A DNA stretch of 64,000 bases from the human T2T-CHM13v2.0 reference genome, Homo sapiens, in the NCBI RefSeq assembly GCF_009914755.1, contig NC_060939.1, one strand, 5' to 3'. Below, one piece after another: positions 30,382-42,869 of this stretch. The position numbers and the translations under genes were made by a program. Under the pieces are notes generated by a model, which worked only from the letters and a program-made list of their open reading frames with translations, did no database searches and was not told where the DNA came from. Position 1 is the first letter of the stretch. The number at the start of each line of letters is the position of its first letter.

Positions 30382-32082
30382 GTAAGAAGCTCCTTTATTT
30401 TCTGATCTAACGGCTGTTGCACCTCTTCTTGTTACATTCTCATTGTGGATTTCTGTTTGAGATTTATCATGCCGGTTTAAAACTCACACTGACTTCTTAA
30501 ATCTGTAACACTTATTGGAATATTGAAAATGGTAAAAAAAAATGAAGAAAGATAGCTTGTGATGGTAGTAGCATTTCCACTTTTAGTTTCTTCTTTCAAC
30601 ATCCAAGAGACCTGTCTTTTATAGTGTTTCTTAGGAAAGGATTCGAGATCACTCAGATTATACTTTTGTCTTCAGTTTGGACTTTGAGAGTAAATAAACT
30701 GCCTCTGCTTTTTAGTATGGGATCAAATATGTGCTTTCCCCGAGTAGGGTATTCCCACAGGCTTATAAGCAAATTCAGCTCAAGAACTATTGGATGTGAA
30801 AGAAGCCCTTCCCTGTGCAAAAGTGCCTGGCTATGAAGTGAGTGTGGGGGTATTGAAATACGTTAGGGTGAGAGCCTTCTGTGGTGGGCTGAAGGCCACA
30901 GTCCACCTGCCAGCAAGGGGTTAACAGGACTACCTAGGATCCCCAAGCAGGCCTGTCTATTGCAGCCTCAAGCATTGTCAGGAGCTCCCCCCGCCTGCGG
31001 AGGTCCTGCCTGTGCTCCCTGCTGCACATTTGCTCCTGATTTGGGGAGACGTGAGGCCGAGGGAGGGGAATTGCCAAAATGCTGACTTAAATTTCTTCTT
31101 TTCATTGCAGTGTTCTGTGGATGGAAATAACCCCTCCAAAATTAGTAGCAAAATCGTTTCTTTTCATTGCCAGATTTTAAAAGTGTTCTTTTCTCTGGTG
31201 ATATAAGGGTTCCATGCAGGGGTAAAGTTATATTTGTGGGTGATTCACTTAAAAAATCTCCATATCATCCCTAAACTGGAGCAAAGAAGTGGAATGAATA
31301 AAGGAGAATTATTTCACACAACCTATGTGCTGCAGATGGCTGTATATTAAAATCAAGTTGTGAGTGTAATATTCCCTTTTCCTGATACATCATTATTCAG
31401 TTGACTGCTTAGAGTAACCCTTTCTTATGTATGTTTCTTGTTCTGGAGTTTTATTTTCTTGCATTTGTTCCACAACCGTTTATTCAACACCTTTACGTCT
31501 AACATGTGTTTATGTCTAACACTCAAAGAAGAAGTGCCTTCCTGGATATATGGTTACAGAATTATTTCAGGAAGTCAATTGCATTTGCATATAGAGGGAT
31601 TTTCCTGCAGGCCTTTAACTTTAGAATTTACTTTGTGCCTCGTGTTAGGCTTTGTTATTGGAATAGACGGGAATTTTCATGTGGAAATCACGGGCTGCAG
31701 AGAAGGAGGCCGAGTGAGTGACAGGCTCCTTCACGGTGATACGGCCCTGCTGCAGGAGTGGAAGGGACTTCTCCAGTGAGGTCCTCTTCATCTGAAACTT
31801 GACGGATAGGCAAGAGTGTGCTAGGTGGGATAAAGTTTGAAGGTCCTTAGTAACACAGGAGGACAGAGTGCGTCACACAGCTGGGGACGAGGGAGTGATG
31901 TGTGGAGAGATGCCTGGAGGGGCACATGGGGGCAGCTGTGACCAAGGCCCTGAAGCTGCAGTTAAGGGTCGGACCTCAGCCTTCTCTTCATCCAAAACAG
32001 ATCCCTGCGTTTGGAAACTGTGAAAACCTTTTCCCATCAGAGATCTGAGCAGGTCATATTTCATGAGATTTGTTCAAATCCA

Positions 32083-32450
<368 letters not shown>

Positions 32451-32990
32451 TCACATTAGGGACTTGAAATCATGAACTCTGATCCTTCCCTGTGGGGTGA
32501 GAAACGACCTTAGAATGGCCGGGGGCATTGTAAGCCCTGGGCCCTGGAGAAGAACACGTGTGCACCAGCATCCTGCTCATCTGGAGGCTGACACAGCAGG
32601 TTTCCAAGGCTGAGCTGTGGCAGGATGTGGAGTAGAAAGCTATTTTCTATTAACTCTCTCATTTGTAAAACTTGCCCTGAATATTTTGAAACTTCACTTA
32701 GTCCAGTTGGTTTTCTTTCTAGCATGGCTCTCTACCCTACTGAAGGGGTGGGGAGCCTGTGTGGCTGCCTGCTGCTGTGTGAGTTGGAAGCAGCTGGCAC
32801 GCAGCCCTGGGGAAGCCGAATGCTAGCAAGTGCTTTCCTCTGCAAACAGCGCCGAGGCCGCAGTCAGCGCTCAGCAGGGATGGCACTGTCTAGGCCATTC
32901 TGGAGTCTGATTTCCTGAGGAAGACACAACGTACTACAAGCCTACCTCGGCTCAGCAAAGCATAGAGGGCAGGCAAGGATTTGTTTAAAA

Positions 32991-33118
32991 TGCACACACA
33001 CACACACACGCATGCACACATGCACACACTCGTGCACACACACAGGCACACACGTACGTGTGCACACATGCATCACACGCACACATACAGGCGCACACAC
33101 ACGCACACACACGCACAT
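32991..33118. repeat. Degenerate (CA/CG/TG)n alternating purine-pyrimidine tract
   Basis: tgcacacacacacacacacgcatgcacacatgcacacac... over ~125 bp. Confidence 0.9.
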
Positions 33119-34527
33119 TTATATGTTTAATTCCCATGTTCTCCTTGGGTGAGTTGCTGTGTGTCTCTCTCTGTTCCTTCACGCACATTTGCCATCCGAC
33201 TAGTGTGAGGCATTGTCCTGGGTGAAGGTGAGACACGAGGAACCAAGGCCTGCTTTGGTGGGGCAAGTCTGTGGATGAGCTGAGTGCCACAGTGGAGGTA
33301 GGTTCCCTTCTAAGCAGCCCCGAGCTGGCAGGCTCTGGCTGGCCTGAGGGAAGTTTCAAAGCCCTCAGGAGGCAGGGGCCTCGGGGACCACTTCTGGAAG
33401 AATGAGTGTTTCTTACCTTTGTGCTGGGAATGCTTTGCTGGGACGCCAGAATGATAAGGGCATCTCACATTGCCGAGTGCATCACATAGACCCGCTATAT
33501 CTGTGCAACCAAACGACGCAATTTTAAAAGAAGTAAAGGGCTTAAAAATGAAACACAGATCTTAGGAAAAATAATAGAAATTTTAAAGTAGAGAACTGAC
33601 GGTGTAGGTGGGTATTGGGGATTGAGTTAGCAATAAAAAAGAATATAAGAAAGACTAAAACAATCAAAGAATACAAGATGAGAAGAAGCACAATTTAGAG
33701 ATGCAGACAGGGTTTAAGGATGTAAATTTGTATTGGGGATTTGACCGTAAAGGTAAAGCCTGGTAAAATTATGGCTTCTTGTCCAAATAGTCATTTAACA
33801 ATCAATGAAACAGGGAACAATGACTATTTCACTTTCTCCTTCCTCTTCTTCCTCCTCCTTCTTTCACACTTTCTGCCTTTTATTGATATTATTAACACTG
33901 AAGATTCTGCCTCAGCCATTCCTTCTGTGGAGTGGAAATGAAGTTGTGTCTCAATCTATTGTTTAATAGATTATCTTTGTCTTGTTTATCCTGGAGCTGT
34001 TTATGCTTTTTCTAGTTATCGAGATTAGAAACGGGACCAGGGGAATGTTCCTCTACATGAAGCTTTCACAGCATCCTCTGCCTTTGTCGCTGCAACATAC
34101 CTAAATGTGTAGCATTCATCAAAGAAAGTGTGTGTGGTTTGTTTCCACACCAGGAAAGCTGCATGCAAGGGGGCTTGTGAGTTTATTTTTGAGAATATCC
34201 ACTTCAAGCAGCCTTTTAGGAAAGCAAAGAAGAAAACCAATGTTCTGACACTTACTCTGTGCTATTGACCCCAAATCCTTTAATCTTCACAAGACCATAG
34301 TGGAGAAGATATTGACCTTCCTGCTTGTTTGAGTCCAGTAAGTGGAAGCTTGTGGAAGACATCTTAGAGCAAGGTTCTGAGTGTGACCTGCTTGGCAACA
34401 AAGCCCTGGCTTTGTTTCCTAGTCAATATGGACACACAGCAGCTGTACATACCTGTAGGGCCACAGCCTTAACATAGACACAAAAGGCTCAGTGTTAGGA
34501 TTACTTTTCTGTGTTTTTTAAAAGAAT

Positions 34528-34619
34528 TAAATTAATAAATTTTTTGAGCATTTTTAGGTTTACATAAAAATTGAGCAGAAAGTAGAGTTCCCCTATATAT
34601 TTTCCTCTACACACACACA

Positions 34620-34652
<33 letters not shown>

Positions 34653-35005
34653 CACATAACACATTATTATTAACATCTTGCATTAGTGTATTGTATTTGT
34701 TACAATGAATGAATGCACCTTAATCCATCTTTATCATGCAAAGCCTATGGCTTACATTAGGATTCACTCTTGGTGTTGTTTATTTTATGGATTTCGACAA
34801 ATGTCTAATGCCATGTATCTGCCACTATAGTATCTTAAGAACAGTGGCACTGCCCTTAAATCCTCTGTGCTCCACCTGTTTATCCCTTCCTATCCCCAGA
34901 CGCTGGCAACCACTGATATTTTTACTGTTTCCATAGTTTTGCTTTTTCCTAAGTGTCACATACTTCAAATTATACAATAGTCAACCTTGTAGGATGGCTT
35001 TTTTT
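34528..35005 (-). mobile_element. L1MC-type 3' end containing a (CA)n microsatellite (~34610-34650)
   Basis: tttaggtttacataaaaattgagcagaaagtagagttccc..ttacattaggattcactcttggtgttg..tggcaaccactgat. Confidence 0.8.
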
Positions 35006-35439
35006 CCTTCGTTTTAAAAAGTACTGATACTAATTCATCTGAGGAAATCTAAGACTTGTAGCGAGCCACTGTAATGTGACTATAGCGTGACCATGTGTTA
35101 CCAGAAATTGATGGGATGGCTCTGTGGATTGTGGGACAGGTCCAACATCACCAAATTATACTATATGATAGATCACCTACACATTTAAAACTGAAAAGAT
35201 GACATGCAGCCAGAGAAATCATAAAGAACACATGAGGCCTCTCAACCCTATCTCTGCTCCATTCCACTTGTGGCTGAAGCTTTAAGAAGTGAAGTCAGGA
35301 TACCAAGTCCTGATTAGGGCCTGTGGAAGGTAAATTCCATTTGGTCATTACTGGAGGATGATCTATTGCTTTGTGGAACTCTTTTGGAGTCATCTAAGCT
35401 CAGGAAAGTTTAAAATAAGTGACAGCTGAAGCACCGTGG

Positions 35440-35930
35440 TGCCCCTGACCTTGTTTGGTTTTTCTTTGCATTTCTCCTGCGTAAAGTTCATAGCAGTTTT
35501 TGCATCTGTAGTTCGATAACTTTCAGCAGTGTTTGAAAAAGAGTGGCCATTATTTCTTAAATATTGTTTTGGCACCGTTCTAGGACTCTGCTCATGTGAA
35601 GGTTACATGCTTCTCCCAGGTCCCACTTGCTTTTATGCTTGTGCTGTTTTTTATTTCTTCCTTTGCACTCCATCTTTTGGCATATGAAGTCACTCTTCAT
35701 CTCTGTTCTGTGATGTGTTAAAGCTGTCTATTGAGTTCTTGATTTCAGTTATTATGTTTTCAGTTCGAAAATTTTAATTTGATTCTTTCTAACGTATGTT
35801 AGTTCTCTGGTGAGATTCTCCATCTTGCAATCTGTTTTCTGGAACACATTAACCATGAAGTCCCTTCTGCCATCTCTGGTTCCATTTCTAATGTCTGTTT
35901 TCTTGCTTCTTTCTATTACTTGGTATGCCT
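35440..35930 (-). mobile_element. Ancient L1 ORF1-region remnant
   Basis: ggccattatttcttaaatatt and attgagttcttgatttcagttattatgttttcagttc are antisense L1ME-like motifs. Confidence 0.5.
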
Positions 35931-35932
35931 GA

Positions 35933-36343
35933 TGTATTAGTCTGTTTGTATTGCTGTAAAGGAATATCTGAGACTGGGTAATTTATAAAGAAAAGAGGTT
36001 TATTTGGTTCACAGTTCTGCTGGCTGTACAAGCGTGGCACCAGCATCTGCTTCTGATGAGAGCCTCAGGAAGCTTCCAATCATGGCAGAGGTGAAGGGGG
36101 AGCCAGCTTGTCAATGGTGAGAGGGAGCAAGAGAGAGAGGGAGGAGGTGCCAGCCTCTTTTAAACAACCAGATCTCTTGTGAACTAACAGTGAGAACTCA
36201 CTCATTACCATGAGCACAGCACTAAGCCATTCATGAGGGATCCATGTCTATGATGCAAACACCTCCCACCAAACCCCACATCCAACAAGGGAATCACATT
36301 TTAACATGAGATTTGGAGGGGATGAAACATCTAAACCATATCA
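35933..36343 (-). mobile_element. MSTB-like MaLR solo LTR
   Basis: tgtattagtc..gagactgggtaatttataaagaaaagaggttta..catgagatttggaggg..aaccatatca, with TSD cctga/cctgg. Confidence 0.88.
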
Positions 36344-37485
36344 CCTGGCAATTTTCATTGTGTACAAAGATTTGTAGAGGCATTGAGTGGTTTTTTCCCT
36401 TGCCTCTCTGTAGGTCTGAGCTGGCATGGGGCTGACCTGCAGTCTTGCAGAGGCTCCACTGGACTCTGGTTCCCCTGCCTTTCTGCATCGTTCCCCAGAG
36501 GTCCCAACTGAGGGCCTGGAATGTGTCAACACCAAAAAATGGCTGAAAATACAGCCCTTCTTTTTAAGCCATTTTTACAATTGTTTTTTAACCTCTTATG
36601 TTGTACAACTTAGTCAGTAAATGTGTCGAGGAGATAACCAGTATTGGTTGGCTTTCTTCTCTGACATTCATATTCCCTGAAATTGTGGCCCCTCCTTTTT
36701 TGACTTCTTGGCCAGTTTTTCCCTCAAGCTCTCCCGGGTTCTTTATTCTCTCTGTCCAGGTTTTCACATTACGTGCCCTGTCAGCAGAAGACAAGTTCTC
36801 GGGGGAAGTGGCGTGCAGGAAATGTTTACCATGGTGAGCCTGCTGCCTCTGTTTTGGCTTCTTCAGATGGATTTTTGCTTAGCTTTCTCGCTTGCTCTTA
36901 GTGAGGGTGCCAGTCTACTGCAAGGTATCCCATCCTAGCCATGCATCCTTGATTTGGAAATTTAAGTTTAGGTGTAATAAGGATTGATTCTGGATAGCTA
37001 GCAAGGAAGTAAGTTGGAGCAGAGTCAAAGCAGATACAATCTGACTGGGAGATTTTTGTTGTTGCTTTGGTAACCTCCTGAACTGCCTTCAGGTTAGCGA
37101 ATAAGAGGATTTTCTAGGGTCCATTGTTTTCAGGTTTTTTCTATAAAATAATGATGCTTTGAACGACACTAAAGGATACGAATTATGTATTTCTTTTAGC
37201 AATATTAGCTTTAGATGAAAAAAAGCATGTGGCCCTTTTCAGTTGTTTAAGAGGATGATGGTCTTATATGTGGTTTTAATATTATTTTATAAAATGAACA
37301 ATATTTCATTTTCCACTTGAAAAATGAAAAAATTTTATTGCTGTCATAGATTTTTTTGTGGTTTTATGCATTAATATAGTATATAGTAAATGTTCAAAAG
37401 GATTGTTTGTTGCTATTCTTGCTATTGTATTACAACCTGTAAATTTTGTGACACTTTCAGTTTTATGTCATCCGTGAATTCTCCC

Positions 37486-37645
37486 CTCAGTGTTCATGGC
37501 CTTTGGACCTGAGGAATTGGCATTACTGGCAAGCTTCTTAGAAATGCAGAGAATCATGCCAAACCCCAGATCTCCTTGAATCAGAATCTGCATTTTAACA
37601 GGATCTCCAGATCATTGTCATCCACCTTAAAATGTGAGGGATACC
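37486..37645 (+). mobile_element. MER5A-like hAT MITE
   Basis: ttagaaatgcaga..gaatcagaatctgcattttaacaggatc. Confidence 0.75.
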
Positions 37646-39559
37646 ATCTAACTCACCATGACTTCTCCATATGAAAAGCATACACAACTTACCCTGTATG
37701 AAAACGTATATGCCTGTATTGATGCCTTAATTTGATGTTTTCTATTCTCGAAAAGCATACAACTGCTCTGGCTTTGTGGATCTCCTGTTGTCCTCTTTCT
37801 GCAGAGTTAGAGAATAGTCCATCACTGAAGATTCAGGCCACGCATGTAACTCAGGGTCAGTTCTCTTAATGCTCTCATTTTATGTTGGGGCAAATTAAGA
37901 AGTCTGCCCATGGCCACGTGGTCAGTGTGTTATTTATTTGTTTTGTTTTATTTAAAAAAAGAAGTGAAAAATAATACCTTTGCACATTAAGTGTGTGTGT
38001 TCAAGATTTGTTTCATCACTGGAAGAATAACTCTTTCCACACTAATAACAATAGGAACAATAATATTTAAGGTATACATGTTAGTAAGTAAAACAATAGA
38101 GAATAGCCTGGAGGAGCCACACAAGCTTTGTGGGAATGATCTCTGCAAATTAAAAAAAAAATCTCCAAGAACAAAAAAGAAGATGACACTTAAAGGCTTT
38201 TGAGCCTGAGATCCATCGAGTCTTGTGTGGCAGATGCCCATGAGCCCTGGACCAAGGCCCACATGTCTTTTTGGTCACTTACTTACCCCAATCATCCAGT
38301 CCAGAGGCCCTTGTAAATATGTGTCAAGTGAGTGAATGGATAACAGTCCTTATCTCCCTCTGCCTCTCACGTGCATGCCTGCTAGTCTGTTTTTGTGTGT
38401 GAACACATCCTGCTCTACATGCCTGTACACTACTGTCTTCAGTTCACAATTTCCTTAGTTAATAGGCTTCTTTTGCTCCAGTAGTCTTAGCTAACACTGT
38501 GTCCAGGGCTTCTGTTGTTTTGAGGATGTAATCCTGACATTAAACCTATGAGGCCATGGCTGTCAGCACCTGAACTCACAGGTAATGGAGCAACGCAGCT
38601 TAGGAGACGCCTCTGAGAGTTCATAGGCCGTCCATCTGGAAGATGAAAGGACCACCACGCACATGTCTCCATCCCTGGAAGAAGAAGAGAACCCAGGTGG
38701 GCTTGGCTAAAAGGCATGTCTGACATGTAAAACTGCTTAATTTTAAACTCACACTCTGTGTCCTCTTTTCTCTGTCCTCTGGTGTCTTAGAACTTGTCAC
38801 CATTTTATACAAAATGTCATTAGAGATGCCACCTGGTAGGATGGGGTGTTGTCTATTGTAGGAATGAATGGTAACTTTTCAGTGATTTAGGGACACTGAG
38901 ATGTCGGTAATCATGATAAGACACCGGATCTTTGTTAGCAGCGATCTCATGCACTGACTCCTTCAAATGTGTGAATAGCTTCTTATTTTCCTTTCATCTT
39001 GAACTTTTGCACTTCGATTGGATATTTCACAATTGATTTTCCTCATTCTTCACAATGTGAGCTACATAATGTCCCTCTGACAAGAGCACCATCTTTATGT
39101 TCCACAAAACTCCTTTTGTGAAAAGGTGGGGCTGTTGGGTTGGGCCCCCTATTAGCACATTTGAAGAAACTCTCCCGCTTTACCTTGACAGGTTTGCTGC
39201 AAGCCCCCGCACAGGCCCCACTTGCCTAGAGACAGGGAGCCACGTGGAGCTTGCCACAGCTGAGTGTGCGTGGACAGCAGGATTGGGGAAGGACAGGACG
39301 AGGCACTGTTATGGGCCCTATGGTGGGTGCTGATGTGCATCTTTCACAGAAGCCCCTTGGGCAGCACTGTGGAGAATGGCGGTGGGGGCTGGAAAGGCTG
39401 AGTTACACAGATGTGAGGGGAAATGTGAAATTCCAGGGTGAGAAATGGTGAGTTCTGAGTCTGAAGATTTGCAGTGGGCTGCAGAAGAGGCTGTGGATTT
39501 GAGAAATATAACCTCTAAGACAGTGGGAGAAGTCAAGGGTGACTCACATCCTAACAGCA

Positions 39560-39965
39560 TTTGCTAATCCAATAAATATGGCTGAGCACCTGCTATGTGC
39601 AAGATGCTGAAGCAGGTAATGGGAACACAGCAGTGAACGGAATTAATAAAGCTGTGGTGTTCATGAGGCTTCAGTTTATTTGAGGTAAGACATCGAATAA
39701 ACAAACATGCACACTGTTATTTCAAATTGTGGACAGTTTTATAAAGAAATTAAACTCCTGGGTGTGGCCACCCCGTGAAGGTTTCCTTTATAGAATTTGG
39801 GCCGGGCAGGAGAGGGGAGGAAGCTTCGACATGAGAGCTCCTAGGCGCCAGATCACAGGGGAGCCCTGCAGACCAGTGTGAGGGGCCTGCGTTTTGTTCT
39901 GGGCTCTGGAAGAAGCCTATGCAAGGTAGTAAGCAGGGAAATTGTGTAACGTGTTTCACTTTTAG
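39560..39965 (-). mobile_element. L2 fragment
   Basis: caataaatatggctgagcacctgctatgtgcaag..gggaacacagcagtgaac. Confidence 0.65.
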
Positions 39966-39970
39966 ATGCC

Positions 39971-40272
39971 GGCCGGGCGCGGTGGCTCATGCCTATAATC
40001 CCAGGACTTGGGAAGCTGAGGCGGGCGGATCATGAGGTCAGGAGTTGGAGACCAGCCTGACCAACATGGTGAAATACCGTCTCTACTAGAAATACAAAAA
40101 TTAGCTGGGCTTTGTGGCATGCACCTGTAATCCCAGCTACTCAGGAGGCTGAGGGAGGAGAATCGCTTGAACCTGGGAGGCAGAGGTTGCAGTGAGCTGA
40201 GATTGCACCATTACGCTGCAGGCTGGGCGACAGAACAAGACTCCATCTCAAAAATAATAATAATACTAATAA
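39971..40272 (+). mobile_element. AluS (Sg-like)
   Basis: Full dimer with a (TAA)n tail. Confidence 0.92.
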
Positions 40273-40375
40273 TGCTGTACACTGACTATGTGAGGGGTTG
40301 AAAGGCCAGCCTTCCTTGACCTCAGTTCCTTGGAGACAGTAGAATACAGCTATGAATCTTGTTGATGGAGCCTTT

Positions 40376-40837
40376 CATATGTTGAATTATGTCCCCCACA
40401 AAAGGTATAGGTTGAGTCCCATCCTCCAGTTCCTTAGAATGTGACTTTATTTGGAAATAGAGTCATTGCAGATGTAATTCATTAAGGTCATTCTGGAGAA
40501 GGGTGGCCCCTACTGCAGTATGACTGATGTCCTTATGAAGAAGGGAGATTTGGAAACGACTCACACACTCACAGGGAGAACACCAGGTGAAGAAGGAGAC
40601 AGAGATCAGGGTGATCCTCTATAAGCCAAGGAACACCAAAGATACCAGCAAATACCAGAAGCCAGGGCAGAGCCCTGGAGCAGCTTCTCCCTCACAGCCC
40701 CCAGAGAGCACCAGCCCTGCTGACACCTTGATCTCGGCCTTCCACCTTCCAGAACCCGGAGAGAAAACACATTTGTTGTGTGAGCCCCGGGCAGTGGTGC
40801 TGCATTACCGTAGCAGCCCAGCACTAGCACTAACACA
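40376..40837 (+). mobile_element. MLT1C-like MaLR LTR
   Basis: gaatgtgactttatttggaaatag..ttgcagatgtaatt..aagccaaggaacacc..ccctgctgacaccttgatctcgg..ctaacaca. Confidence 0.85.
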
Positions 40838-40882
40838 GGCCTAGCCTACATTTCGCAGGTCCTGTCCATATATAAGAGATTC

Positions 40883-41446
40883 TGTAAGAATTGAAGAAAC
40901 AGGAGAGAAACACAAAGGGTGGCTCGACAGTCAACAGGGACAGGTTTATTTTCAATAAACCTGAGAGGGTCGACTGGCTAAGTTAGGTCAGAGGCACTCT
41001 GTCTTATAGACTAAGAGTTTGTAAGGATTCAGGGTGGGAGAGTTTATCAGAGTCTTGGACTGCTTCTGTGCCTCTTTGTTGTGCTTATCTGGGAGGGAGA
41101 GTTGTGTGTCTCTTCCCATACATCTTTCTGCAGCTGCAGGCATATCCCCTGAGTCTGCTTTTAGCTTCCCTATCTTAGTACACCTGAAGGAAAAGGAAGG
41201 TGCTTATTAAGGGCCACTGTTTTACTGGGGCCCATTGGATGAGGGCAAAGTTTGGCAGTTACGCAAGAGACTTTCCTCCCACCTCCTTCTGTGCCCGAGC
41301 TGTCTTATCTGTGTTTTACTGTCTGCTCTTTCTGGCTGCTGGTAGTTAGAAGAGAAGTGATTTCCTTGAAATGAAGGAGTCTAGAAAGGGAGCTGGAGTT
41401 TAAAGTGACAGTGTTTGTCCAAGATCATGGTGCTCCTGCTCTGTCA
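40883..41446 (-). mobile_element. Intact ERV1-class solo LTR (LTR19-like)
   Basis: TG...CA termini (tgtaag...ctgtca) with a perfect 5-bp TSD gattc at 40878-40882 and 41447-41451. The family name is from recalled consensus TGACAGAGCAGGAGCACC...TTCTTACA. Confidence 0.8.
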
Positions 41447-41669
41447 GATTCCTACTTTCCACATGCCACCAACTTGCTGCTTGCCTGGGAGGCTGCATTT
41501 CACCCTTGCCCTCACCCCGTCCCCAGCATGCAGGGTCCCAGCCAGGCTCTGGCCAGCAGATGCAGGGAAGAGCCTGCAGCATCCCTCTGTGTGCAGCTGC
41601 TTAGCAAGGTCGAGAGCTGTCCCGATCGGGTCCTGGTCCATGCTCCGTAACTAGTCCCAGAACAGCCCC

Positions 41670-41900
41670 ATCTCAGTCCGGTTGGCCACTGTAACAAATA
41701 CCTTAGACTGGGTAGTTTACATACTGCAGACATTTATTGCACACAAGTCTAAGATGGGAAGTCCAAGTCTAAGACTGGGAAGTCCAAGATCAAGGTGCTG
41801 GCAGGTGCAGCGTATGGTGAGGGCTGCTCTCTGCTTCTGTGGTACTTTCTGTGTGTCGTCACATGGTGCAGGGGACATAAATGTGAAGGACGATCTTCCT
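41670..41900 (-). mobile_element. MLT1A/MST-like LTR fragment with ~21-bp tandem duplication
   Basis: taacaaataccttagactgggtagttta..gggaagtccaagatcaaggtgctggcag, with caagtctaaga(c)tgggaagtc present twice. Confidence 0.75.
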
Positions 41901-42502
41901 TCATGTCTGCATGGTCTCTCAGTCATGTCATTCTGTACCAAGGTCTTATTACTCCCCAAACCCAGGCATTCTTTTGAGGCATCAAATTCTGAGGCTGGGA
42001 GTTTGATGAGTTTCTTGCCTCTCCTGTCCCGTGGTAGGTGTGCCCACCACCTGTGGACACTGGTGCTGCTCACCACACTCTTCCCTGGCACCACGCTCTT
42101 CTCCTGGACACCACCGGCTTCCCTTCCCTGTGTTAGGGTTGGCAGAGCCTGAAAAGCTGGGAAAGTGGCACAGACTGTGTCGATATCTTTCCCACTTTGT
42201 GAATGACCTCCTCATATTCTCCAGGACCAACCAAGCTCTTGGGGCCTGGGGCACATGGGAACCATGCAGTGTGGCCTCTCAGGGGTGCAGGGAGCCCCGC
42301 CCCAGAAAGGCAGAGGGTAGGGGGCAAGTGTGTTGGGGAGTTGGGGATGTCAGAGTGACAGCAGAAGAGCTGGAGCTCGGCCATGGGAATGTCAGCAAAG
42401 AACTGTCAGGAAGAAACTGATCTCCTGAGAGAGGGAAAGGTGTGCCACTCTCCCCTCCCGGGTGGAGCCTGAGGAGATGTGTGCCATGAGCAAGGTGGCG
42501 CC

Positions 42503-42869
42503 TTATCAAAGAAAAGCAGAGCCAGCAGAAATCAAATCAGTGATGGCACATTTTATTCAGGACTATTGCAAAAAAGACTCCAGTGAAGAGCTGGGTTGGG
42601 CTCCGTTACAAGTACAACGGGGACGAGTGGGCACTGATGGCCAAGGAGCAGAGGGTCAGTGGGTGTAAAGTTACTCAGAGGAGACGCCAAGTCTGCGGGC
42701 AGTTCTGGCCAAACCAGCCTAAAGGGTTTCCTGCTGAAGGCAGGTCAGCATGTCAGCATGTTTCTGTGGGGAATTCTTGCCAGACTGACTTAGCTGGGGT
42801 TCTTGCTAATGGGCCTAGGAGAAGGATCAGGGCCTGACTAAAGACTGGCCAAGCACAGGATCTTTGTCA
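42503..42869 (-). mobile_element. MER31-like ERV1 LTR
   Basis: ttttattcaggactattgcaa..gactgacttagc..ttcttgctaa..cctgactaaag..ctttgtca. Confidence 0.65.

Noticed and set aside
30202-30405. 67-aa ORF as a standalone gene
   Set aside because: Only 30314-30381 is coding. The rest is in-frame intron on either side of clear splice sites.
38822-38842. Second CTCF-like motif (minus strand ctaccaggtggcat)
   Set aside because: It has a mismatch at a high-information position and is weaker than the site at 63347.
41612-41640. REST/NRSE-like split site (gctgtcc...ggtcctgg)
   Set aside because: Non-canonical spacing and a mismatched half-site.
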